Below, in pieces: positions 35,315 to 44,451 of a stretch of DNA of 64,000 nucleotides. The notes under the pieces are model-generated. The model was not told the DNA's origin. It did not search any database and saw only the letters and a list, made by a program, of their open reading frames with translations. Source of the stretch: a virus; IMG/VR virus record IMGVR_UViG_3300025585_000039, positions 1 to 64,000 of that record. One strand, written 5' to 3'. How positions within the stretch are numbered: position 1 is the first letter of the stretch; the number at the start of each line of letters is the position of its first letter. The position numbers and the translations under genes are program-made.

Positions 35315-36409
35315 TTACTTAACTAGTGTAACCTTTGCCTTTGGATTCTTTGCATTCCACTTCTTAGCAAGATCGTTGAATGCCTTCTTAATTGCAGCAA
35401 GAGCAGCAGCATTGTCTGCCTTCAATTTTGCAATTTCAGCATCCTTAGCAGCAATTGCAACTGCTGTTGCTGAATCTGAAGCAGCCTTTGCATCTGCAAG
35501 TGCCTTTGTAGATGAAGCCTTTGTTGCAGCATGTGCAGCAACTTCATTTGCAAGAGCAGCATCTGCTACAGCCTTAGCAGCAACTGCTGCATCTGCGATA
35601 GCCTTTTGTGCTGCAAGTTCAGACAAAAGATCACGAACTGTGATTGTCTTAACTACGCTTGAAGTAACTGTGTTGAATCCTGCTACTGCAGTTGCAACAT
35701 CAGATGAATTTGTAACAGAAACAACAATGGTTGAAGAACCAGTTGCTGGAAGTGTTACCTTAAATTCTGCCTGACCAAAGTTAGACAAAGTTGCGCCAGT
35801 TGTAGCGGTTGTTGTATCAAGAGTTCCACCAACAACAAGTGCTGTTAGACCCTTACCTGATACCTTGTTACCAAATACGTCTGTTGCGGTTACTGTTGCA
35901 GTTACAACGCTTGAGGTTGTTCCAGCATCAGCAGATGAAAGTGCAATGGTATTAATCTTACCAGCAGTTCCCTGTACATAATATGTTAGTGTTGTTCCGC
36001 CATTTGTGATAGCAACTGTACCAATTGCTGTTGTCTTTGTATAGACATAAAATGTTGCGGTTGTTCCTGTTCCAGTTGCAATCGTCAAAGATGATGATCC
36101 TGAAGATGCAGATACTGGTGCAGCAGATGTGTGTAGTGCTGATACGATTGTTGCATTTGTTGCTACAACAGAAACGTTTGTTCCTGTATCAACTGTTGCA
36201 ACAAACTTTAGTGCATCAGCAGCATCAACTGTGTTATCTGCTGGGACTGGCAATGATGCAGGCGTAGCAAGTGCGGATGCTGTTGTATTAGCAGTTCCGT
36301 CAAGTGATACAGCGACTGTCATTACGGCAGCACTTGCAGGCGTTGCCACGATTGTTGCGGTAGTCATGGCTGCAACCACGGCTAGGGCGATTTTCTTAAA
36401 TGAATTCAT
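35315..36409 (-). CDS. secreted Ala/Thr/Val-rich Ig-like/S-layer-like protein with C-terminal coiled coil
   Basis: signal peptide MNSFKKIALAVVAA...ASA; TVTATDVFGNKV; SD AAGGAG. Confidence 0.65.
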   Translation of the reverse strand: MNSFKKIALAVVAAMTTATIVATPASAAVMTVAVSLDGTANTTASALATPASLPVPADNTVDAADALKFVATVDTGTNVSVVATNATIVSALHTSAAPVSASSGSSSLTIATGTGTTATFYVYTKTTAIGTVAITNGGTTLTYYVQGTAGKINTIALSSADAGTTSSVVTATVTATDVFGNKVSGKGLTALVVGGTLDTTTATTGATLSNFGQAEFKVTLPATGSSTIVVSVTNSSDVATAVAGFNTVTSSVVKTITVRDLLSELAAQKAIADAAVAAKAVADAALANEVAAHAATKASSTKALADAKAASDSATAVAIAAKDAEIAKLKADNAAALAAIKKAFNDLAKKWNAKNPKAKVTLVK

Positions 36410-36431
36410 TCATTTCTCCTTATATTTATAT

Positions 36432-38219
36432 TTATATTGTTTTTAATCTATCCATAAAATCATCATCATTATCGATGTCTGAATCTTTACGAGTAGGTTT
36501 AAATTGTATCACACCATCTGGCTGCTTGTCAACTTTGGGTCTATCTTTGAAGGTGTGAATCTCTACAACCACATCTTGATATTTTGGGGTATAGGAGATT
36601 GCTCCAAAAATAGCACCACAGACAGCATCTGCCAAATCCTTAGATTTTTTACGGGGGTGATCAACTTTATCATTTTTCATGATTTTGAGTTCTGTTAACT
36701 CATTGAACAATAGTTCAATTGCTGGCATAACTAGTCGCTCTTCGTAAACTAGCATGGCCATATCCTCATAATGTTTCTTAGCAACAGAAACAGTATCAGT
36801 TCTCATTCCTACGGATTGGAGTTCATTTTGAATATCGAACGATTGCCAACGGTCAAACGATACCAATCCAATATTAAAACCAAGTCTTCGAAGGTTTTGT
36901 ATCCATTGTTTTACCTCTGAAAGATTCACTGGACCTTCTACCTTTGGTTCCCACCATGCTACGGCATCTACAATTACTATTGGAGATACCTGCTGGTAAT
37001 CTTTTAATACCTGCACATTTACCCACTTTTCCACGTGTGCAATAGCAACCGCACACTTGTCATGCTTTTGTGCAAGGTCAGCATGTACATAATAAATTTT
37101 ATTTGGATCTGGAACAAATGTTTCTTCAAATCTTCTAAATTGATCTAATGGATTTCGTGCTGTCATACATGCTCTAACTTTGTCTGCCTGTTTGAAGAAT
37201 GCGTCAGAAGCAAAAGTTGGTACGCAAGCAAAACGTTGCATTGCATCACCCATGTCAGTTAAGAATGCGATTTTAAAATCATCAACTTTTCTTGTGGGGT
37301 TGACTTCCCATGTTGGTCTCTTAAGAGCAAACACACCAGGATATCTGTATGATTTGATGTGATCTTCATCCCATGAAATTTCAAACCAATTCTCTGGATC
37401 ATCTTCTGGCAAAAGTGGATTAATAATAAATCTATGTGTCTTAGTTATCGTTTCTTTATCAGCAATTACAGCATCATATCTTTCAGAAATAAAGTCTCCC
37501 TGATATCTTGGAAATGACAATAGGGCTACCTTTCCCAAATCTGGAAAACGAGAATCCACAGAAGCACGGAATGCTTTATAGATATTATCTGCAGTCTTAC
37601 CTTGATCGTTACCCGTTCCAATCTCCTGAGCAAAACCAGAAATCTCATCAAGCACTGCCATAATAAGGTTCAAACCCTCATGTGATTCACGTTCTGAGTG
37701 ACCTGAGTAAACTGTAATAGATTTGTCAAATTCAATAGAGTCTGCCTTTGCATTAAACTTACCAGCAAACCATGGAGATTTTTCAATCTTTGTTTTAAAG
37801 CCTTTAAAGAAAACGTTCTTAGCCTGTTGAGCGTTAATAGCAACGTTAATAATATCGATGGCATCTCCAGAAGGTTTTCCATAGTACCGTGCTGGATCTT
37901 TAAGGCAGAGCAACTTATAAACAGTATAAGCACAACCAACTGTAGAAGTAAAATCCTTACCAGAGCCTTTTCCTAGTTGTAGAATAATTTCATTTTTTGT
38001 ATACTTATCATAATAACGTGCACCTTCTTCTTCACCAAGCAAGGACATCAAATCTTCTTTTTTATAAACCTGGCTCATTGCTTGCACGATATCATACTGA
38101 ATATCTGATAATCCAGGTTGTGCAAGATAGTCTGGTGACTCTACAAATGTTTTTACATCTACTGGTACTTCTTCAAAATGATCGTCTTGAAGTGCCAATA
38201 AAAAATCATTGAACTCCAT
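36432..38219 (-). CDS. terminase large subunit
   Basis: GKGSGKD Walker A, AVLDE Walker B, nuclease HADLA...FD...KDLADA. Confidence 0.93.
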   Translation of the reverse strand: MEFNDFLLALQDDHFEEVPVDVKTFVESPDYLAQPGLSDIQYDIVQAMSQVYKKEDLMSLLGEEEGARYYDKYTKNEIILQLGKGSGKDFTSTVGCAYTVYKLLCLKDPARYYGKPSGDAIDIINVAINAQQAKNVFFKGFKTKIEKSPWFAGKFNAKADSIEFDKSITVYSGHSERESHEGLNLIMAVLDEISGFAQEIGTGNDQGKTADNIYKAFRASVDSRFPDLGKVALLSFPRYQGDFISERYDAVIADKETITKTHRFIINPLLPEDDPENWFEISWDEDHIKSYRYPGVFALKRPTWEVNPTRKVDDFKIAFLTDMGDAMQRFACVPTFASDAFFKQADKVRACMTARNPLDQFRRFEETFVPDPNKIYYVHADLAQKHDKCAVAIAHVEKWVNVQVLKDYQQVSPIVIVDAVAWWEPKVEGPVNLSEVKQWIQNLRRLGFNIGLVSFDRWQSFDIQNELQSVGMRTDTVSVAKKHYEDMAMLVYEERLVMPAIELLFNELTELKIMKNDKVDHPRKKSKDLADAVCGAIFGAISYTPKYQDVVVEIHTFKDRPKVDKQPDGVIQFKPTRKDSDIDNDDDFMDRLKTI

Positions 38220-38742
38220 TAACCACCGTAATCACTTCATTTTCTTTTGCAATAGCAGATAACCTACGCATAATATCATCACGAACCTCTGGATACTCAG
38301 ATGCAATATCTTTTAGAATTCCAACAAGGATTTCCTGTCGTCTTTCAATCTCAACCATTTCTTCTGCAAGTTCCTTATTTTCAAGTAGTCCTGCTTTTTG
38401 TAGCATATCAATACGCTTAGATTCGATATCCATAACAAGTTTAATGGCTGCGGTTTTTGCTCCAAGATTATTAGTCATAGACGCTTCATCAATAACTTCA
38501 TATGATTTTGTTATCAATTTACTATAATGTGCATCAGCACCTACCAATGCTTCTTTTGCTCTTGCTCTGATGACAGCATTATCAGAAGCCATTTGCTTCC
38601 ATTCATCAATGTACGCAACTACCCGTGTGCGTGGAATAGCCAAGTCTTTAGAAATTTGTGTTGGATCATTTCCCTTTAGGTACTCAGAAACTACATCATT
38701 GACTTGATCTAAATGCTTGACCAGATCTTCTTCTGCTGTCAC
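38206..38742 (-). CDS. probable terminase small subunit
   Basis: N-terminal HTH plus helical region, directly upstream of terL. Confidence 0.6.
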   Translation of the reverse strand: MTAEEDLVKHLDQVNDVVSEYLKGNDPTQISKDLAIPRTRVVAYIDEWKQMASDNAVIRARAKEALVGADAHYSKLITKSYEVIDEASMTNNLGAKTAAIKLVMDIESKRIDMLQKAGLLENKELAEEMVEIERRQEILVGILKDIASEYPEVRDDIMRRLSAIAKENEVITVVNGVQ

Positions 38743-39518
38743 TTTGAACTCTTTTCCATATATCTATTATACATTATTTCGGCCCATACCGTGTGGTATC
38801 CATTTCCATAATGATGGCCATCTCTAGCATTCATTGCATATTCATCATCTGGATTTTCTATTACATATTTGGCAACCATGTCATCGTCTAGAATATTGAC
38901 ATAACAGTTTAAATCTTGATAATGATTAAAATTAGAACGAGGTGCCCATGTGCCATAAATTAAATTAATATTATTTGACTTACAATATCTTTCTAGCATA
39001 AAAATATATTGATATTCTATTAATGGAATCGTATGCCAGAGTTCTTCTGAGATTTCTTCTGGCTCATGAATATTAACATAAATATGTTTTTGTATTGTTG
39101 TATCAAATGAAAGGAATCTTCTTGATACTGGGAAATTAATAAAGATTACATTTGGTTTGCCAAATGATTCAATATATTTATAAATATTAAAAACAATAGC
39201 AAGAATGCCTAATCCAGGTGCACCTATATTAAAAAATCCAGAAGTATTTTCTTTGTGATGAATTTTGTCATAAAGTCTTTTTGCCCAAATCTCATGCTCT
39301 TCTAAACCATCCCCAAAAGTATTAGAGCATCCAGCAAACAAAATATGAAGTCCAGCATGCTCTGTAGTAAAATCATCTGACCTATATTTATGTTTATTTA
39401 ATCTAATTTTGGGATCATGTAGATATGGGTGTGCCTGTATTTTGGGAAAGTCTTTCTTGAAGGGGAAGGCTATTACTCTGTAGACAGAACCACTATCGGT
39501 ATCAAAAATATCAGGCAT
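38739..39518 (-). CDS. SGNH/GDSL-like protein
   Basis: ILFAGCSNTFGDG...ARDGHH; paralog of 15278..16195. Confidence 0.6.
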   Translation of the reverse strand: MPDIFDTDSGSVYRVIAFPFKKDFPKIQAHPYLHDPKIRLNKHKYRSDDFTTEHAGLHILFAGCSNTFGDGLEEHEIWAKRLYDKIHHKENTSGFFNIGAPGLGILAIVFNIYKYIESFGKPNVIFINFPVSRRFLSFDTTIQKHIYVNIHEPEEISEELWHTIPLIEYQYIFMLERYCKSNNINLIYGTWAPRSNFNHYQDLNCYVNILDDDMVAKYVIENPDDEYAMNARDGHHYGNGYHTVWAEIMYNRYMEKSSK

Positions 39519-39744
39519 TCTGTAATCTTTCTATCTCATCCTTAATATAGAAGATTGCTTTCTGTAAATCTTCAATTTGTTTCTTATCATCTTTGAGTCC
39601 TGCTCTCCAAAGATATTTAAAAGCATTACCAATATTAAAATTGCGATGTCTAGTAATTTGAATACACTCAACTCCAGATGGATCGCTAGTATAATGTAAT
39701 GGGTGGTTAACCTGATCTACCGTAATGTTAAATTTATCTGTCAT
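39511..39744 (-). CDS. DUF3310 family protein
   Basis: DQVNHP.HY...GNA.KYLWRAG.K...EDL.KA.FY. Confidence 0.9.
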   Translation of the reverse strand: MTDKFNITVDQVNHPLHYTSDPSGVECIQITRHRNFNIGNAFKYLWRAGLKDDKKQIEDLQKAIFYIKDEIERLQNA

Positions 39745-39896
39745 CGTCTGCTCTTTCTTAATTTGAATTTAGCCAAATATGCGTAGATAGTTTCTACACT
39801 TGCTCCACACTCTTTGGCAATTTCTTGTGGAGTTTTTTTATCCACAATAAAACGTTTTTTAAGCCATGCTTCGTTTGTATATAGTCTAGCACTCAT
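39741..39896 (-). CDS. small HTH DNA-binding protein
   Basis: WLKKRF...TPQEIAKECGASVETIY.YL.KF. Confidence 0.75.
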   Translation of the reverse strand: MSARLYTNEAWLKKRFIVDKKTPQEIAKECGASVETIYAYLAKFKLRKSRR

Positions 39897-40077
39897 CTTC
39901 TTTTTTGTCAACTCGTTCCATCTGTTTTAATTTATCCCAATATCCATTTTTGTTTCCCTCGTATACCTGGCCAGTTTCCCTGTCAATTAAAATCCATTTT
40001 GTGGGTGCTTTTGTTTTTACAACTAAGAATACTGGCTCGTCTTCTTCTGGAAAACTAAATGGTTGTCTATTAGTCAT
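39886..40077 (-). CDS. hypothetical protein
   Basis: TK.P.KW.LID.ETGQVY.G; ATGA-coupled. Confidence 0.7.
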   Translation of the reverse strand: MTNRQPFSFPEEDEPVFLVVKTKAPTKWILIDRETGQVYEGNKNGYWDKLKQMERVDKKEDEC

Positions 40078-40640
40078 GCAAGAGCCTTTTCCCAATTGTT
40101 CAATGCCCAATGACCTATGCCACACGCATCCGCTACATCATAATCATCTATGGTTTTATCATAAATAACATCTATCAATTTAATAGTTCTTTTTTTTCTA
40201 TAATCTCTTTCAAAACTTTTATACCAAGAATCTGATTTTCCAGGGTTCTGTTGTCTTAGTACCAACTGTTCCTCTTTGGTTAATCTTTTATTTCCTAAGT
40301 AGTTTTGCCATGTGATTGGGGATACCTTACCGATACCCTTGATTCCAACAACTCCAGCAGAACCAATAATTGCACCTTGAACCAAAGCAAGATCAGCAGC
40401 GGTTTTAGGGCTATTCATAAAAACCGTATGCTCAATAATCAAATGCTCAGTATTATCAAATAATGGATTTTTAAAAAAGGCCTGAACCTTTTGTGATGCA
40501 TCAATACATTTTTGATAGATATCTTTGCCATCAAAATTTATTTTTCCAACTAATTCTATTTTGCCAAAAACAAAAAGACAAAAAGCAAGACTATTAGTAC
40601 TTGCATCAATAGATACAAATTTGGATGGCATTTGTTTCAT
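40074..40640 (-). CDS. RuvC-like Holliday junction resolvase
   Basis: SIDAST, IIEH, D.ADA.GI. Confidence 0.8.
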   Translation of the reverse strand: MKQMPSKFVSIDASTNSLAFCLFVFGKIELVGKINFDGKDIYQKCIDASQKVQAFFKNPLFDNTEHLIIEHTVFMNSPKTAADLALVQGAIIGSAGVVGIKGIGKVSPITWQNYLGNKRLTKEEQLVLRQQNPGKSDSWYKSFERDYRKKRTIKLIDVIYDKTIDDYDVADACGIGHWALNNWEKALA

Positions 40641-40912
40641 TTGCTATTTCCCTTAATCTGTTTTAAAGCCTTTAGTACTTCATTTGGATTAACGCTACAC
40701 TTAATGCATAGTGGGTCATCATTATATATAGATAGCGGTGACCCACATGACTTGCATTTACGATCCTTGCCTTTTCTTTTTTGTCTTCTTGTAATGAGGT
40801 AACGCTGCGCTATTTTTTGTTTTGTAGCAGCAGCCCTACACTCATCTGAGCAATATACCTGATAGGTTATTGCTGTAAAGAATTCAGTATCACACCAGTT
40901 ACAATGCTTCAT
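40637..40912 (-). CDS. double zinc-finger protein
   Basis: CNWC...YCS.EC...CKSC...CIKC. Confidence 0.75.
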   Translation of the reverse strand: MKHCNWCDTEFFTAITYQVYCSDECRAAATKQKIAQRYLITRRQKRKGKDRKCKSCGSPLSIYNDDPLCIKCSVNPNEVLKALKQIKGNSK

Positions 40913-41750
40913 TCCCTAACAACTCCAGAGGTTTAATTTTAACTACCCCTGTTTCGGCCTCAGCGCATGCCTTCTGAATCGGACATACCTTGCAAATTTT
41001 TGAGTTTGCACGATATGTTTTTTGTGGAAGTTCTTTGTTCTCCCAAGACTTCCGAACCGTTCTCATCCAATCAAACGCTTGGTCTACCCACCTGCGGTAA
41101 TGATCACTTACTTGAACAGGAATAACCATTAGTTCATGATTATTTTTATTCTCGTAAATCAAAGCACCCAAATCCTTTTTAAGTATCTTCATATACATAA
41201 TAAGTTGCATTAGGTGTCCATCTTTTGGTTTTCTACTTGCTTTCTTGTATTCAAAGCCTTCGTTTGGCATTGTTTTAATTTCACCAAGAATAGTATTGCC
41301 ATTATAGTTCAACATCGCATCCCCGTAACCAGAAATAGGTGGATCTTGATATTTAATTCTAAACTCAAGAGCAGGGTGTTTCTGTGTCTTGTATTTGCTT
41401 GGCTCTGGATCAAACTCCATCGTTTCATCTAAAAGACCAGCATCCATAATAGCATCTTGAATTCTGTCATGACTGAGTGTTCCGCTTGTTCTATTGGCTA
41501 CACCATATGCATCTGCATTATCATGAAAGATTGCTCCCTCAAATGCTAAATACCAATACCTTGCACATTCGCCAGCACCATAAGTTAGTGTTGACGGAGC
41601 AAAGGTTGTCTTCTTTTGAAAACGTGGCTTAATTTTTGCAGTATAGCCAGAATTGATTGCATCAACTAGCCCTTCTGTAAAGTCTGTATCGGAACTTGTT
41701 TTCTTAGGTTCTGATTTAATCATTACTTGTTTTAATAGATTTTTTGTCAT
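40899..41750 (-). CDS. Cas4-like PD-(D/E)XK exonuclease
   Basis: N-terminal C, G..D...EIKT, Q...Y, C-terminal CKVCP...C. Confidence 0.85.
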   Translation of the reverse strand: MTKNLLKQVMIKSEPKKTSSDTDFTEGLVDAINSGYTAKIKPRFQKKTTFAPSTLTYGAGECARYWYLAFEGAIFHDNADAYGVANRTSGTLSHDRIQDAIMDAGLLDETMEFDPEPSKYKTQKHPALEFRIKYQDPPISGYGDAMLNYNGNTILGEIKTMPNEGFEYKKASRKPKDGHLMQLIMYMKILKKDLGALIYENKNNHELMVIPVQVSDHYRRWVDQAFDWMRTVRKSWENKELPQKTYRANSKICKVCPIQKACAEAETGVVKIKPLELLGNEAL

Positions 41751-41755
41751 TTTTA

Positions 41756-42070
41756 TTATCGAGTAATATATTTAAGAGCAGAAACCAAATCATTAATTGA
41801 TTCGGCTGCTGTATAATAAATATTCTTTTTTGCTCTATCTCCTTTATCTACATTAGTCATCCATGTTGCTTTAAAAGCCATTTTTGCTGCGATAGCCTGT
41901 AACCTTACTATCTCAATTGTAGCAGTATTGATTGGGATATCTGGTTTAATAATTAACTTAGCAATAAAGGTTAGGGCTGTAGTTAATTCTTCGTCTTCCA
42001 TAAACTCTGCAACTTCTGCAAGTCCATTCACCATCTCAAGGGTGGTCTTACTTGGTGCTTCAATTGTCAT
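41756..42070 (-). CDS. hypothetical protein
   Basis: helical ORF in the recombination operon. Confidence 0.8.
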   Translation of the reverse strand: MTIEAPSKTTLEMVNGLAEVAEFMEDEELTTALTFIAKLIIKPDIPINTATIEIVRLQAIAAKMAFKATWMTNVDKGDRAKKNIYYTAAESINDLVSALKYITR

Positions 42071-42855
42071 TACATTGACCTCATATCTATTCCATCTAAC
42101 ATGCCTTCGTCATTCCATAACTTAAATGCTGCCATCATATCTGGCCGTGATTGTAGTTCATCTAAATACTTTTTGCGTTCTTGTGGTGATTTCTCTGGAT
42201 CAATAGGATTATCTTCACCAGTAAATCTATAATTATCTGTAGGGCAATAATCCATACTAATAATTTCACAAAATTCATCATTTTTAAATTTACGTTTTGG
42301 TCTCCAATGTATTTGATTAACTGCACTGAAGACAATCGTTTGTCCAGGAGTCAACGTATACTTGGTAAAGTTGCTCGTATCATTCCAATTGCCAACATAA
42401 AGATCCCATTCAATATTTGAATCTAGGCAATAATTCACTGTAATTAAATTTTCATCTGCATCTAGATGTGGTGGTAGGGATGGATTATTATCTCCGTAAC
42501 CCCACTTGCGATTATAATCAATATAGTTGTAGTGGCATAATGCAACGTCTCCGTTATAAAGAGGCTTTGCAATACTGTCCAAGGTATCTTCACAGTCTTT
42601 GGGCATATCAAATTCAATTAGCATTCTAGACATGTTTCTTGCAATCTTTGGCTGATACCGACTTCTGAAATCAGATGTTCGAATGTAGCCATCTTCAATT
42701 CTATCCCCAATAACAAATGGCTCAATCTTTCGATTTTCTTCAATTAGATTTCTTAAACTATTTACCTGCTCAACAGAAAAAAGATTATCTACATAGAATG
42801 GCAAGGGCCTATTGTATTTGTCAAATCCAGTAAGGTAATCATGCAGTTTTCTCAT
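42070..42855 (-). CDS. 2OG-Fe(II) oxygenase-like protein (DYQL family)
   Basis: PSLPPHLD...NYCLDSN..W...QIHWR. Confidence 0.75.
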   Translation of the reverse strand: MRKLHDYLTGFDKYNRPLPFYVDNLFSVEQVNSLRNLIEENRKIEPFVIGDRIEDGYIRTSDFRSRYQPKIARNMSRMLIEFDMPKDCEDTLDSIAKPLYNGDVALCHYNYIDYNRKWGYGDNNPSLPPHLDADENLITVNYCLDSNIEWDLYVGNWNDTSNFTKYTLTPGQTIVFSAVNQIHWRPKRKFKNDEFCEIISMDYCPTDNYRFTGEDNPIDPEKSPQERKKYLDELQSRPDMMAAFKLWNDEGMLDGIDMRSM

Positions 42856-43447
42856 TCGAGAACCCTCCGTTTGCAAAATACCAATCCTTGTACAATTTTG
42901 CTTTTGCATCTACAAACTTCTTTGTAGCCTCATCTTTTGGTGGCAATGTTGGATCTGTGAAATGACAGAATATCATTTCTACATATTGGTCATCGGAGAA
43001 TTCTTTTGGTTCTCTCCAATGAATTTGATGTGTACCAGAAAATGTTGCTGCCTGATTATTTAATAGAGGTAGTGCTCTATGCTCAACGACAATGTTCCAG
43101 TCAACGTTTCCATCTAGTTGATAGTCAAACGTGAATTTGGATTCTTTGAAAGTTTCATCATAATGTGGGAATAATGATGGACGGAACTTTACCCCATCCT
43201 TTTCAGTATTCTTGTATATTGCATGACAGTATTCAGTCAAAACAATATTTTCATTGCCACTGATAACTATTGCATAATGTGTTAATTTATCTACAATATT
43301 CTGTGGGAGTTGTATAAAATTATTTAATTGACAGTGTGGAGCCACAAATGCGGAGCCAGTGCTTGCAACAACGGACTCCTTTATCTGACCAATCTCTTCT
43401 TCTGTAAAAACATTATCTACTACTACATTTGGTATATCGTATCTCAT
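42839..43447 (-). CDS. 2OG-Fe(II) oxygenase-like protein (DYQL family)
   Basis: PSLFPHYD...FDYQLDGN..W...QIHWR...MIFCHF. Confidence 0.75.
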   Translation of the reverse strand: MRYDIPNVVVDNVFTEEEIGQIKESVVASTGSAFVAPHCQLNNFIQLPQNIVDKLTHYAIVISGNENIVLTEYCHAIYKNTEKDGVKFRPSLFPHYDETFKESKFTFDYQLDGNVDWNIVVEHRALPLLNNQAATFSGTHQIHWREPKEFSDDQYVEMIFCHFTDPTLPPKDEATKKFVDAKAKLYKDWYFANGGFSNEKTA

Positions 43448-43470
43448 TTTTTCTCCTAGTTACTACTCTA

Positions 43471-43755
43471 TTATACAGCATCAATCAGTTGTTCTAACAT
43501 CTCTAATTCTATAATTGCTAGTCTTACCTTTGCATTACCCTCGCCCAGCACCACAAAAATTGCTGGATCATTACCATTCCGAATCGCATCAGTAACGGCC
43601 TTGGCCCAATTATCTTTATTTACTGTAAATCCTTTTGGGTATTCTTTAAAATCTACAGTAAAGTTATGCCATGTGGCATCACCTTTTTTAGTATTTCTGC
43701 CAGAGTTTTTATGTGGCTTGGCACCAATTCTTTTACTCTCCGTCTGTTCGCTCAT
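43471..43755 (-). CDS. Hjc-like PD-(D/E)XK resolvase
   Basis: E...A...NSG...KGD...VDFK. Confidence 0.65.
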   Translation of the reverse strand: MSEQTESKRIGAKPHKNSGRNTKKGDATWHNFTVDFKEYPKGFTVNKDNWAKAVTDAIRNGNDPAIFVVLGEGNAKVRLAIIELEMLEQLIDAV

Positions 43756-43915
43756 AATCCTTTTTCTTTCTTTTTGCAAAAGAAACTTTGCTCAAATGCT
43801 TTTCTTTGCACATCCAAGTTGCCTCTTTTGTATCAGCATAGAGTCTTAATGTTGGTACTTCCATCTTGCATGTGTGGCATACAAACTTGCCAGAATAAAC
43901 TGTATAGGATGCCAC
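43733..43915 (-). CDS. small zinc-binding protein
   Basis: CHTC...C..KH. Confidence 0.7.
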   Translation of the reverse strand: MASYTVYSGKFVCHTCKMEVPTLRLYADTKEATWMCKEKHLSKVSFAKRKKKDYERTDGE

Positions 43916-44451
43916 TAAGCACCTGAACCAAATCTAAAAAATACCATCTTAAGAAATTCACCCTCTGCAAAAGTTTTGTCTACCCTAGAGTGCAACTGTC
44001 TTACTGGATCCATTACTAGCGCATCATTATCTCCTAAAGTATAAATTTCATCATCTATACATAAATCCCAACTGGTATTTGATTCTAGTTGATAATTAAT
44101 CATCAAGGATGAATCTCCGCCATCCTTGTGTGATCTTAAAACTGGCCTACCATATTTTCCAGAATACTCTACCGCCATAATTCCATGAGCCTTTATGGAA
44201 TGATGATTAGTGCCATCTAAGTCATCTGCTATTTTTTGAATAGAAGGCATAATAGATTTTGGTATATTTAATTGCTCAACATCTAAACGACCCATAAATT
44301 TATGCACTACAGTTTTAGTATTTTGTCCTTCTAGGTATCCTGGATCATCTAGGTATACTGTCTCACGAGAATTCTGCTCTCTTTCAATAAATGATTTTAA
44401 TAGAGCAACTTGTTCTTCTGATAAAACATTTCTTACAATATATGGTTTCAT
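43915..44451 (-). CDS. 2OG-Fe(II) oxygenase-like protein (DYQL family)
   Basis: SHKD...INYQLESNTSW...HSR...MVFFRF. Confidence 0.75.
   Translation of the reverse strand: MKPYIVRNVLSEEQVALLKSFIEREQNSRETVYLDDPGYLEGQNTKTVVHKFMGRLDVEQLNIPKSIMPSIQKIADDLDGTNHHSIKAHGIMAVEYSGKYGRPVLRSHKDGGDSSLMINYQLESNTSWDLCIDDEIYTLGDNDALVMDPVRQLHSRVDKTFAEGEFLKMVFFRFGSGA

Noticed and set aside
36415-36440. TATAAATA repeats resembling T4 late promoters
   Set aside because: AT-rich context overlapping a stop codon; not recurrent before other late genes; no gp55-like sigma in the window.
33621-36446. + strand ORFs opposite the PA14 and S-layer-like genes (and similar shadows over dnaE and the tape measure)
   Set aside because: These are antisense shadows of low-complexity, codon-biased genes.
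40899-41750. Cas4-like gene as a sign of CRISPR-Cas
   Set aside because: No array or other cas genes were seen; solo Cas4-like exonucleases are routine in phage recombination modules.
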